NCBI GenBank assembly: GCA_051294905.1 | Contig: JBPPKV010000017.1 | Span: 806,001-870,000 of the forward strand | DNA: 64,000 nucleotides | Source: Botryllus schlosseri | Lineage: Eukaryota | Reading direction: 5' to 3' | Part shown: one piece after another, positions 50,280-62,692 of the stretch | How the letters are laid out: every line of letters starts with the position of its first letter | Numbering within the stretch: the stretch's first letter is position 1 | Program-made: the position numbers and the translations under genes | Notes under the pieces: model-generated | What the model was told of the DNA's origin: nothing | What the model saw: only the letters and a program-made list of their open reading frames with translations | The model's database searches: none

Positions 50280-51143
50280 TTCCTCTGTCTATTGACCGAA
50301 GTCATATTTGAGAATTCTCTCATCAACAGCCATAACCTTTAATGTATAGGTCATGTAACATGTGACTCCGAGAAGTGTGCCAGAACGATCAGCAGCGAGA
50401 AGACCTTGACCGAGAAGGAATGCCCTTGTGGTGACCGAAAACTTCGATGTAAATACAATATACATCATACATATATGCTTAGTTGTCCATCGGCGGCTAA
50501 ACGGCCTGCGCCGAATGTTCCTGTCCTGGTGATCTGAACCCCACGGGACAAATGCCGTCACGCATAGAAAAATTATTTGCCAAAGCAATACCAATTTGAA
50601 TTCGTGTGTGCTTTTTAGTTTTGGTGATTTCCATATCTTTTGACATGGCAGATATAGGAGGTCATGATATAGCATAATGTAACGAAGTCAATATACCAAC
50701 GGGTCCGCCCGAAGCTGTTTAATTAATATTTAGGGTTCCTACCTTTTCCAACACACCTCACTCAGCTCTACCGGTAAATCTGATAACGTGAGCATAGAGA
50801 GGGGATAAAAATTGATAGCAAAATATATGCAATTCCCGATCATATTGACCGATTCAAACATGAATTATATAAATTTTTCGATCTTCGCGCGTTTTGTCGA
50901 AATAAGGCGGCGCACTAAACAGTGGACCCAATGTAGATGATAAGTAGCGGGGAAAAATGTACAGGCTCAGGGGGGCTGAGGGGGAAACCCCCCCCAGAAG
51001 TTGGGTTAATCACCCAGTGGGGGCCCAAGACCAACGTTTTTTTTTGGAGGGGGTTGACGAAGTGCTGTTACGGTTCTGATGGGGAATGAAGGCCCGCAAT
51101 AAATCTGATGTGGGAATGAAGACAAAAAGGTTGGGAACCACTG
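50280..51143. mobile_element. Family A partial copy
   Basis: CCGAGAAGGAATGCCCTTGTGGTGACCGAAAAC...AAAAGGTTGGGAACCACTG matches 46310-46855. Confidence 0.85.
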
Positions 51144-51968
51144 CTCTACACCAATCTTAACTCGTTTCGCAAGATACAGGTCTCTTGTAGCTTTTATAAA
51201 AAAAAACAGATGTTAGATTAGAATTAGAATTAGAACAACATGTCACAAATTAGATTAGAACTATAATAGTGTCATTCGCTCTAATTATTTCAATTAGATA
51301 ACTAGATTTATCTATAGTTGTCCAAGTCTGCTATGGTGTTATAGTTGCCGGATCAATGGATGACCTAACTCACATTACTTCTCTGTGCCTATTGGTTGTG
51401 GAATATATAAAGTTATAAGAAATGGACGTGTCAGGGGTGTTTTGTAAGAATTTTTGGCGATACAAATTTTAAGAAACCACTTTAATTTTTCCGCAATACG
51501 TACATGTTTGAAGTCAGGAAACAACGAGTAGACACTAACTAGCAGCAATAACCTTGATGAAGAACGAGCAAGTACAATTTGTATGTAAACGATTTGCGGG
51601 TGTATGTAACGACAAGGAGTTAACGAGACAACTGAATTCGAAAGATTGCGTACATATGACGGACGAAATATGTTTCAGGACAGTAACGAAAAACCGGAAT
51701 GTCGTTCGTCATCTGTCCTTTCCGGATTGCTCCTGTACTATCGTGAAAAAATGTTTGCGAGAGTGGTGTATCAATTACATGGATGTCTGCACTTGTCAAT
51801 ATTAGAATGGAGAGGAATTTAATCACAATCACTTCAAACTGAACTCTCACGTCCTCGCTTGTATTAAATCGAATCACTGCTATTTTATTACGAGTTTTAT
51901 TAACTGAAGTAAAATATATTGGTAGCCTATAGATCTCGAATACATAGAATACACTGCACACTTATTAG

Positions 51969-52360
51969 TAGGGATGGTGTGAACCTCTGAAAGGTTCAGG
52001 TTCGTGTGAACGTGAACCTTTTTGAAAGGTTCTGTGTGAACACGAACGACGAACGTGAACCTCATGACGTCACGTGACGTCATATTGCTAATTTTAAACC
52101 CCATATTTCAATTAGGTGATTGCCTATATTAATCTACTGTACACGATACCGAGCGACGACTCGAGGCCACATAATAGCTCAGTACTTAAGTACATATTGA
52201 CGTTTGAAACGTCGCCAATTGTATCAACTGGGGCAATCAAATGATATAATAATCCCATAAAATCAGTATCTTGCGTCGCTTCGCCGACATTTTCGACCTG
52301 ATCGGACAATGTATTCGACGTCTGAGTATTGCCACATGGATATTGAGCAGAGTGTAAAAT
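51969..52360. mobile_element. Partial copy of MITE family B
   Basis: TAGGGATGGTGTGAACCTCTGAAAGGTTCAGGTTCGTGTGAAC... followed by interior similar to 10790-11190. Confidence 0.8.
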
Positions 52361-52489
52361 GGGTTTCTATATACTTGCACGAGTGTAAAAAAAGCAGTGG
52401 TGACAAATAGCGATGTCGGCAGAATTCGTCAGATGCGTTGATCTAACCATAACGATTCGCAAATTTCTTCATCTTCAAGTCATATAAAA

Positions 52490-52658
52490 TAAGCCTAGTC
52501 AATGACTTGGGTCGAGTCATGCGTAATGATGACTCGAGTACAAGTCGAGTCAATCCAAATATTGACTCGAGTCGAGTCTTGTCATTTCCGTTTTTTGAGT
52601 AAATGACTCGAGTCAAGTCGAGTCATCAGAAAATCGTGCCTCGAGTCATTACAACCCT
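52490..52658. mobile_element. MITE family C end (GACTCGAGTC repeats)
   Basis: Multiple GACTCGAGTC/GTCGAGTC units ending ...TTACAACCCT. A related copy begins CAGGGTTGTAAC at 63671. Confidence 0.7.
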
Positions 52659-54203
52659 CGAAAGAACGTCACCCGAATATCGCATGAAACCGATTGGATG
52701 CTTTGGTCTAGGAGTGTTAACTGTGTAGTGTGTAGCCTGCGGGAGCGCAACTATTATATGAACTTGCATTCCGGCGCTGGGAATTTTCACGCAATAGAAT
52801 ACACGACCTGGACGTATAGTTTCGCAAAACATGCGACCATGCGGCCTCCGTGCGGAGTGTGCGTTGCCAAAATGATGGCTGGCGATAAAACCTTGAAACA
52901 AAATAACCGCCTCGTGTTGACCAAAACGTTCGCCCCGTGTCGAAATGCAAATTTGGAACCGTGTTCGTCTCTCGGCAGGAGATATACTTTTAGTTTCGTC
53001 TGGTGTGCATGCGATTCCAATATATCTGGAGCAACGACAATCTTTTCTGCTTTACCGCGACCTTTGCAGGTCTAATGTCAGATCAACCTTACTGTGACAC
53101 CAAACCGACTTGAATGATACAGTGGTATGGGCAAACTTATTCCCTTCGCGAGCAATAATATAATTCAAGAATAACTGGCGTAACGGATGCCGTTGCCAGG
53201 TGCAGGGAAACGATTGGTTGTATTCCTTGCTTGAAACGGTAAATAATAATTAATTGAATGTTTGACACTCGAGCTGGTAATACTTTGGCATTTTTTGACA
53301 TTTTGGCACCTGCACACAAAAAGTTGCCGGCCCCTGCACTATACAACTACAATTCTATCTAAGATTTGCTACTATGCCACAGAAAGCTGCGATTATGAAG
53401 CTATTCGATCGCAGGAATGAACACAGTTGTTTAACATGGAGACCTAATATATGTACCTGTCAGTGTGATTATACACGCGCTTCCGTGGCCAAGAAATACG
53501 AATCACATAAGCCATTCTTCATCCCAAGTCAAACATTTCCGTTCGATTCGTTAGTTGTTATACATATAAAAGCGCATCCCATATCAATCAGCAGGGTCAC
53601 ACACTGAGATCACAAATTGAAAAGCGAGCACTGGTCTAAAACAACACGTGTCCGCTCAACGTTTATATTCATGTCGTTTCCACACAAAATTGTACACTCC
53701 CGTCTCCCGACCCTTCCAGTGTTGTTAACCGATGGGACAAAGATTAGTCGATCCCGTTGTCTGATACGCGTGTTTCCGCGGCCACGAAACACGAATGACA
53801 TAAACTATATCCTTCTGCCTCGTAAAACATTTCCGTTAGACTCGTTATACCAATAAAAGCGCATTCCATCGCAAGAGGAAGATGGTCAGTGTCACATAGT
53901 TAAATCCCTGCCTAGATACTTGGACTAGAGAATAGACCCGTCACGTTACCGAAAAAATATGCCCAACGATACAGTTTACGCAACAGACCCATTCTAAGAC
54001 GCAGTGACGAACACAACGTCTTGGGAATTTGGAAATGGTAGCAACAATGCAAGCCAGGAACTGTGGTTCTTACGGTATTAATTCAGCGTACAGCAACTGA
54101 TTATGGTACTGACAACGAGCGGATTTGCCCATACTTAAATTGTACCGATGCGAATACACTGTAGCCTACCTACACATCAATGGCAAGTTTCGTGTCGTAT
54201 CGG

Positions 54204-54210
54204 TATAAAA
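54204..54210 (+). promoter_or_regulatory. TATA box candidate for the cystine-knot gene
   Basis: TATAAAA about 95 nt upstream of the proposed ATG at 54303. Confidence 0.4.
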
Positions 54211-54302
54211 GTGTGACCGATGTACTGAGCATGAGTATTATAGGAACTTCGAGATACCAAAGACAGACAGCACACACAGACGACAATAGCTGATACGACA
54301 CA

Positions 54303-55047
54303 ATGAAGGTATACGCTATTCAGTATCCACGCCTACCATGAAAATCGTTTTACAACGCCATTTGGCGTTTATTACGTTTACGTTATACTGGTTAATCCTC
54401 CGTTTAATAAACATACAAGTCACGATAATCGACGTTCGTTACGGTATTTATGATCCGTTTCGACTTCTCTTACCTGCCCCGATGATAAGAACTTTGTGGA
54501 CTCACTTTGCTAGTAAACAAGTTAACCTTCGTTTTGTCACAGGGGACAGCCGTGTGCATAACTGCTGTGTTATTACTACTGAGCGCGACGGGCGGATGCA
54601 GGCCTACCAAAGAATTACGATTCGGGTATGTGTGATTGATAAATACCGAGATTATGATTAGATCATTATGAATATCCAACATGCGAATTGATCGGTGATA
54701 TCCAAATACTGCCCCCTCGTAATGAAAGTATTACTATTAACAGGACGGTACCGAAAGTGTCCAGACGACGTTGTAAAATCACCAGCTTAGCAATGGTCAG
54801 CGAATCGATGGTACCGCACATCGACGCTAAGGTCGCATGCAAGGATGGGGTGAAATTTACCACCAAACTATGCCCGCAAAAACTCTGTCAAGATCCGGTG
54901 ACCATGCAGATACTTCGAAGTGCGAAGAGCAAAGGCGAATATAGGGTTGAAAGAATAACGAAGCAGGAGTTGGGTAAAATGGATAGCGGGAGATACACCA
55001 GAGTAACAATAGCCACAGGTTGCCGGTGCGTCTTTCGGAAGAGATAA
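54303..55047 (+). CDS. Small secreted cystine-knot protein, IL-17-like Cys spacing (~130 aa, 3 exons)
   Basis: Exons 54303-54308 (ATG AAG|gt), 54543-54625 and 54744-55047 splice in phase. Product: MKGTAVCITAVLLLLSATGGC RPTKELRFGTVPKVSRRR C...C...CPQKLC-x44-CRC VFRKR. It has a hydrophobic signal peptide, a basic RRR site and six mature Cys. The first exon and exon-3 acceptor are inferred. Confidence 0.65.
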
Positions 55048-56557
55048 ATCTTCTATCAATTTAAATTAAACATACTTTAATTTCTATTCTTTGTCATCCA
55101 ACGGACAGTCCCTGGGCGAACGTGTGTCGATTTCAAGTGTGCAGTCTTGCTATAATGACAAGGCTGAGAAGCTACCTTGCAACCATTTTGTACCATTAGC
55201 TATGCAAATAACTCAGCACTGTGTAAACTATAATGCGTGTCGGTAATTCTGCTATAAACTGGTCATGGTGATATCGTTGCCAATTCTATTTAGTATTTTT
55301 TGGTGTAGAATTTTCGTTCTCCGAAACTTCATTATTGCGTCACGCAGCTTATTCCTCTCCAAGCAATCATTGGATCAGATATTGCCAAGTAACGGTCCCG
55401 TAGCCAATAAATACGGGTCTTGTACCAATAATATAGAACTTGAATTTATACTACCATGTATTTATACTGCAAATAACAATAAATACAATACATGTATTGT
55501 TGCTGCACATCATTTCGTAAAATGCGAAATTTGGGAAAATTACTTGTACAAAATAAGTTCAAACATTTACCAGGTGCAGACTGATACGCTATGAGCTCCA
55601 AGACGTGTGGTGTGATGTCACTGGCAGGGAAATCGCTTTGATAAGTGTATAGGTATGAGATGGATACGGAGGCCTTGTGTAATTTACCAGACGATTTTCA
55701 TACTTTTTGCGGTCTTGAAAGGCGTGATATTGTACCACATATAACATAGTCTGTTGGGCAGTAAACTGTGCGTGGAAATATACGAGAAATGTTACATTTC
55801 ATACATAATCTTGGCCTCTGGCACTCACAATAGAACGTCTTGTCTATATTCGGGGGTATGACCCTATCAGGTCCCTGAACATATAAAGGCTGGGAAATTC
55901 CGGGCTCCGATACAGCAAATACACCACAGGTTCGTAGGATATTGCACTGTAAACGTAATTCGTGTATTTCGCCGATTTCCCTCGTTGTGTAAGGTGGAAA
56001 ACGGCACTTTCTGAGTATAATATTTGGATTTCACGCCCATCCCAATGGGTGAAAATGAGTCGAATACTCCAGCCCTTATGGAGTGTGTTTCGTGTGCCAC
56101 CCTACGACGGCGCGAAAGATTGTATCCACGATTATGGAAATAACTATAATATCATATTTAACATTTTGTCATAACAACATGAAAAAATTCGTAATTTCAT
56201 GGCGTACCTCGTCCTTACAACCCTAAAGTTGGACCCCCTACTAATTCCATAATCATGTTTGAGTGGAGAATCCGCAGGTTGGGAACTACTGCTCGAAGGC
56301 GGAGATCATAGAGTTAGCTTATCCAGGAGAATGGTAATCGTCTAATTAAAACTGCTAATCGTGGCGCATAAAATTGGATAACATTTTGGTGAGACTTTTA
56401 ACCCAGCGGCCAGCGCAGTAGGTTTGCCACCAGTAACAGTTTTTAATCAGACGATTAGCATTCGCATCGCGACCCTATATCCATTTGTCACGTGGCAGTC
56501 GAAAATAAATACCCCCCCGTTTAATCCTAGCCAAGTCCCCGCCAATAATCACATCAC

Positions 56558-57083
56558 CTTTTTCGGAAGCGGGAATATCTCCAAACGGATTGGAAAATCC
56601 ATATTCGCCGTCATCACCTGCAACAAATCGCAAGCTTTACATAGTTAAACGAACAACGAAAAAAGGATGTTCGCATCGTACTTTCTTTATCCGGATTCTC
56701 CGGCTGGGTTCCGCATCTCCGCCGCAGTACCAGCAGGGATATTACAGCAAGCACCACTACAAGAATCGCAGAACCGCCGACCACAAAGTAATACAGTGTG
56801 TTCCTGTCCGAGCCCCGTCGCGCAGCACTGAAACGGGAAGACCCCGGTAAAAATCCGGTCGTGTAACCAGTCGCCATGAGGTCACACGCCTCCTCGCACC
56901 ACCCAGGCCGACTGTTCCTTGGTTTTGGCCCAGGTTTCGTTGCTGACTACGCGGCAAGTCACGTGACGGACGGCGGCGTACGTTTCCTGTAGGAACGCGC
57001 GGTAGTCGCGAGGGCGCAATGGAGAGCTGAACGGGAAACGGATTGGTGTGTATAGCTTGCAGCACCGGCGTAGCCGCTCATTT
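56558..57083 (-). CDS. Exons of a putative single-pass type I membrane protein
   Basis: Exon 56827-56682 encodes a clear TM helix, YYFVVGGSAILVVVLAVISLLVL, followed by RRR. A short intron (56681-56618) leads in phase to SDDGEYGFSNPFGDIPASEK (56617-56558). Upstream exon 57083-56886 (...HVTCRVVSNETWAKT...) joins in phase only via a weak GTGACC donor across a 58-nt intron. Confidence 0.5.
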
Positions 57084-58002
57084 CTTATGCGGTAATGTTT
57101 GAGACAGCTTGTACCACGCATGTTAACAGTCCTTTAGGCAAAACAACTTAATTTTTGAACTTAGGATTTTGTAATGTGGAGAGTAAGTAGCTTTAGGGCA
57201 TGCCACAATCCCCTTTGTGAGTTGTTATTGTTGTTTTTTGTTGTGATGTTAATACCACAAAAATAGAATAGGCCTACAGCTCATACCAAATCAGCAGGTC
57301 GTGTTGTTTTCGGCATTTCGGGAACCAAAATAAGTGTAAAATCCCAAAAATGAGCTATTTTTTGGTATATTTGGCACCTACCAGAATATAGATGTTTCTG
57401 AAAGTTTTAAATAGAAATGTAAACAAGTATTGAAACGAGTCTGCATGAAGCGACAAAACAAGTGTGTAACGCTAAATTCCTAAACTAAGGCCTGTGAACC
57501 CTTCGGAAGGCCGCGGTCTACCGTCCAAGAGATCTATGTAATGAAAATAGTCGAGTACTGATACCTGGATTTACAATATACTGTTGATTGATCAACCCGG
57601 GTAGTAAATGATATCCAGCAAATAGAGGGATGTAGCTAAATGCCAAGGAATTTTCCTGTCGTCACCTCTCGTGCATTTTTGTGACATCACGAAGCCGACA
57701 CGCGCGACCCTTGCTGTATTCAAGTCGACGCGTATATAATCCCATTTACTTTCAACTTGTTAATGAAAATGTCAGCATGTCGTGCAATCACGTTGGACAA
57801 TAGCAGGGTTACCATGCGTCCTCATTTTTGAAGAAATGTACCCCTTCGCCTAAATGTTTTTTAGGCCAATATCATATCGTTAAAAAGTGGGTAATTCAGG
57901 TGTCAAGTCAAAGCGCAGAACTTTTTTAGTCAACACAACATGATTTCCAGTAAATATTTGAAACCAACTTTCCCTATTTCAAAATATGGTAACCCTCTAG
58001 AG

Positions 58003-59446
58003 CAGTGGTCGGGAACCTTTTTTGTCCGAAGAGCCATATTGACCCCATATTTTCCATCTTAACTTCCAACGAGCCATACGTTTTAATCAACTAATACGTC
58101 ACAATTGAAAAATTGGGACGTCATGTTAGCGTAAATTCGTCGACTTTCGTCAGTTACACGGGATCGTAGGTTCGTCTTGACGATATTCTTAAATGCGAGG
58201 ACCCATGGGGGACATAAGTAGGCGGAGTCAAACATGATGGTCACTACACAGCAGCATGCATACCAACTGTAATGTGTGATGCGTCAGTGACGTGGTTTCA
58301 GGGGTGGCACGTGAGGCAGTGCCTTACCTGTCTACTAGATTTTGAACATTTTTACTACGAAAATCACGCAACTTACCTATTTATTGTTCGAAAATATAGC
58401 GTGAAAGGGGAGGTAAGACATTGGTGAGGCACGGCCGGGATTAGCATAGCGCAATTCATCGTAAATATCATATACTTTATAATAACTGATAACACTTGAC
58501 TGGTCAACACATATTTTAGGCATCCAAAGTAAGAGTGTGTTTGGTGGTTCTGGAGGGCGCTGATTCTGAAAATGACCTTGGTTTTCTCAAATTGGCTCTT
58601 GTTTTGTAAATAACCCATGGGACGACATGAGGGTTCTTCATAGTCAATTATTATCTATTGAAGTGCAGTATAAAATTAAAAAAACTACGATTTTCTTCTT
58701 GCCAAGTGTATTCAATGGTAAATAGAGTAATTTTGGACTTTTTGAGGGGTACAAGAGCCAATCTCTAATTACTAATGTAATATTCATAATCAGCAACCTC
58801 GAAAACCCCAGAAACGGCTTTTAGATGTTCTGCCCAATTTTCTTTTCGTTCTGTTGACCAGTGTAATAATTGAATGTAATAGCCGCACCGATTCCGATTC
58901 GATTTCTCAATTCTCAAAGTATTCGTCGGTAACACAACGTTGTGCCACACGCCTACATTTGAACAGCAACTACAAAGCTTCGTTTTCAATCAAGAACGTG
59001 GATCACTATGGCGTTGTTTGTAATTTGAATTTGTAATTGTGAATGTCAATTCCACGGAGTTCATTTCTCGCCGTAGATCAGGAAGACAATGTGTATTTGA
59101 AAACTGCATTGTCATACAGGCGTCGCCTTGTCTGCTATTCTCATTGAGCAATCAACGCATCGTGCAATCCGAGATTTCGTGGCGCATGCGAGACGAGACA
59201 GCAACTTAGATTTGATGATTTTGAAACGGGGTCCGAGCCCCTAACCCTGAATACGCCACTGTATTCACCTCTCAAAGACATGTTTATACTGCCACAAGAA
59301 TGATTATACTGGTCGTGCTGAAGATTTAATAACAAGTTGCTGCAATATTGATCAATTATGCACAAAATTAGAATTTTCGCAAAGAGCCATACTTTTTGCC
59401 CAAAAGAGCCATATATGGCTCGCGAGCCATAGGTTCCCGACCACTG
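58003..59446. mobile_element. hAT-type composite MITE
   Basis: TIR CAGTGGTCGGGAACCT at both ends. Flanks CTCTAGAG / (ca)GTCTAGAG. Nested CAGTG-ended element at ~58285-59261. Confidence 0.75.
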
Positions 59447-60139
59447 CAGTCTAGAGTCTAGACCAGGGGTTCTCAACCTCAATATTGTTTCATATTATAT
59501 TGCCACTCGTGATTTCTAACCATCAGTTAGCGAGTGAAGGGCTGTGATTCAAACGTATCAGTAACGATTTTGAATTGTTATCGTAAGCGGTATTGTGATC
59601 TGTGTGAAATGCAGGTAATTATGCACGCATATCGAATCGCTATTCGAATAAGATAGTGCAGAAGCAGTTGGTCGGTTTTGTGAATTGACTTTCAAACATC
59701 GTTGTCAATTCGGTTTTTACTACCGCTGTTTGATGACACAAAGTGGATACTGTCCTGAACGTTTTGCGACTGTCGTATGATAGATTACACTGTGCGGCGT
59801 TTAACATCGGTAATTCGAGTATACAGATATGAATTCCTGGCAATGCCAAATCTGCCAAAAATAAAATCGGAAAGATGCCAAAAATAAGCTATTTTTGGTA
59901 GTTTTGGCGTATGCCAAAAATAACACGACCTGCAAATCAGTGCCCAGTCTCATGATGAAATAAATGTCTGTACACCAACCTTGGCTCGTTTCGCTGTACA
60001 GTTTTCATAAAATATTTTCAGTTGAATCATAAGGTAGGTTCGAATTAGCTTACTGGCATTTCGCTTTAATTATCTATAGTCTACGCAATCGTGTCTTCCG
60101 ATTACATCCAGAGGACAGGCATGTAGCGTATGCTACTGC

Positions 60140-60365
60140 GTATACATATGAGATACATACGCGGAGCCCTTTCCCGTTGCGTTGTCTGCATGTAATACGG
60201 AGTCCTGCTGCCAGCGTTTTTCCAACGGCACGACGAGGGTGGAGTTGAGTTGAATCAGATATCCGCCACGTTCGCGCTTCACATTTCTTGTTTCGGAGAC
60301 ATTATTTATCGCTTGTCCGTCTAAATACAACGCACGTATCGTAAACGGGTGAGTGGCGTCTCGTG
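60140..60365 (-). other. Exon-like segment, possibly Ig C2-set; 5' side abutted by a MITE end
   Basis: GC-rich frame FTIRALYLDGQAINNVSETR...GGYLIQLNSTLVVPLEKRWQQDS, with RITCRQRNGKG in an adjacent frame. The first residues of ORF 60133-60396 come from a MITE TIR starting at 60366. Confidence 0.3.
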
Positions 60366-60778
60366 CGGAGGTGGTCAAAGTAGTTAGTGCTGCCACTCAA
60401 GTTGGTTTAACGCGGTAAATTTCTACTCAATTACAAGTAGAAGCAGCAATTTACTGGACATGTTAAAAAGTAGGTTTGATGGGGACAGTCATGCGCTTTT
60501 AGCAGTTGATCGGAGGTCATTAACTTTCGAAACTGTAGTGTGCATCTTCGTGACCAAAACGATTAATGACTCTACAAATTATGAATATTGAGCTATCTGC
60601 AACGTCATATTCTCCACACCATCCCGATCCGGAAATTTTCAGTCGAAGCCAGGCATGGGGTGATCGTGATTAGTAATCTTAATCGATTGCAACATGTAAT
60701 TGTAATCTCAATCGATTTTAATTAAAAAGAAATCAGTAGTAATCGATTCTTTTGTCAAAGAACTTTGTCAGACTATGA

Positions 60779-62692
60779 CAGTGGTTCCCAACCTTTTTGT
60801 CTTCATTCCCCACTTCAGATTTATTCCGAGCCTTCATTCCCCACCTGATCCGTAACAGCACTTTGTTAGCCCCGTCAAAGAAACGTTGGTATAGGGCCCC
60901 CATAACCCCCTCAGCCCCGCTGATCCTGTACGCTTTTCCCCTATTTCGGCTAAGCGCGAAAATTATATATAATTCGTGTTTGAATCGGTCAATATGATCG
61001 GGAATTGCATATATTTTGCTATCCATTTTTCATACCCTCTCTCCTTACGTAACCAGATTTACTGGTACAGCTGATGGAGGTGTGTTGGAAAAGGTAGGAC
61101 CCCTAAATAAGAATTGAACATCTTCGGGCGGACCCGTTGGTATATTTGACTTCGTTATATTATATGCTATATTCCGTGACCTCCTATATCTGCTACGTCA
61201 AAAGATATGGAAATCACCAAAACTAAAAGGCACACACGATTTCAAATTGGTATTGGTAAATTGGTAAATTGGAAATTTTTCCCTGCGGGATGGCATTTGT
61301 CCTGTGGGGCTCACATCGCCAGGCAGGGACATTCGGCACCAGCCATTTAGCCAATTAAAAATATATGTATATTGTATATATATCGAAGTTGTGGGTCACG
61401 ACAAGGGCATTCCTTCTCGGGTAAGATCTTCTCGCTGCTGATCGTTCTGGCACACTTCTCGGAGTTGCATGTTACATGGCCTATAACTTCATATGCCTTG
61501 GTGCGTCGTGGCGCAGTAATAGCCGAAGCCGAAGTCTCAATTTCTATAAATTCTACGTATTTTCGTGGGGGAAGGGTACCCAATAATTAGATAATTGGCA
61601 ATATTAAATCGCGCAACCAGCGCGAAATTTGTTTGAAAAAGTGGCATGAATTTTCAAAGATACTTAAATTTATGTTAATTCATGAAATAAATTTGGGCCC
61701 CTTCGAGCTCGCCCCCTCCCCAATTGGGGTTTCGGGGTGCGGCAGTTACGGTCCTGTTCCCCACTACCCAGCACTTTTGTCATTACAGAGCAACTATTTG
61801 CTGGTTTGACTACACATGACACACAACCACAACAGTACGCAAGACAATCGCCTATAACTGCAACATAAAACGTATTGTGAACCGATACCAGTAACGCTTA
61901 AAATTTCGCGAAAGCGTTTTTTCACGTCAAACTAGTCGTGCTGGATGCGTTTGTGACTGGCCATCCAGAGTTAAAATGAGGTGTTGTGAACAACACGCAA
62001 TAGAGAGAGAGAGAGAGAGAATCTTTATTCGTATACATTACATATCAACATAACACTACAAAAATGTCACTGTGAAATGCGACATGCAAGGTAGAATTCT
62101 CGTTACATATATTCCAGAGCAGTTGACTGGTAACGGTAATTGCGCATGTGTCTCCGTGAATATGTAGACTTTCCTATATATAGTAGGCTTACCATATTTT
62201 GAAAATCTAAAAAGAGGACACTTTTTCAGAAATTTGAGACTTGCAAAACCGGAGAAGAATTCTCTAAAATCAGTGAATTTTTCCCACTTTGTGTTCGGTT
62301 GACTAAAAAAAAGGTTAACTTTCCGCTCAGAGCTCAAAATACCGTTTTTCTCTCCGCATTGCTAGGTGGTTGACTAAAAAAAAGGTCAACTCTTCGCTCA
62401 GAGCTCAAATCACCGTTTTTCACTCCGAAATACCCGCCGGAGCGTCACTTCTGTGCTCATTTACGGCATATCACTCGCATTTTGCTCTAAATGTGACCTA
62501 AGTTTTCAAAAAAGAGGACAAAATCTCAAAAAAGAGGACAAAAGGGCGTCCTCCGAGGACACTTTCAAAAAAGTCAAAAAAGAGGACAAATCCTCTTAAA
62601 AGAGGACGTATGGTAACCCTAACGGCCTAATATATAGTTTTGAACAAATGCGTCCAGAAACCATTGAATTCCCCACCGTTTGGGAACCACTG
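60779..62692. mobile_element. Family A inverted full copy with nested element 62184-62629
   Basis: TIR CAGTGGTTCCCAA with perfect TSD GACTATGA. The nested element is flanked by TSD ATATATAG and carries AAAAGAGGACA repeats. Confidence 0.9.

Noticed and set aside
54338-54661. 107-aa ORF with a hydrophobic N-terminus as the start of the cystine-knot gene
   Set aside because: It is out of frame with the knot exon and ends in a stop. A better signal peptide lies in another frame, bounded by canonical splice sites.
56682-56827. Membrane protein as the IL-17 receptor for the adjacent ligand-like gene
   Set aside because: No SEFIR domain or FnIII-like ectodomain was recognisable. Adjacency alone is not evidence.
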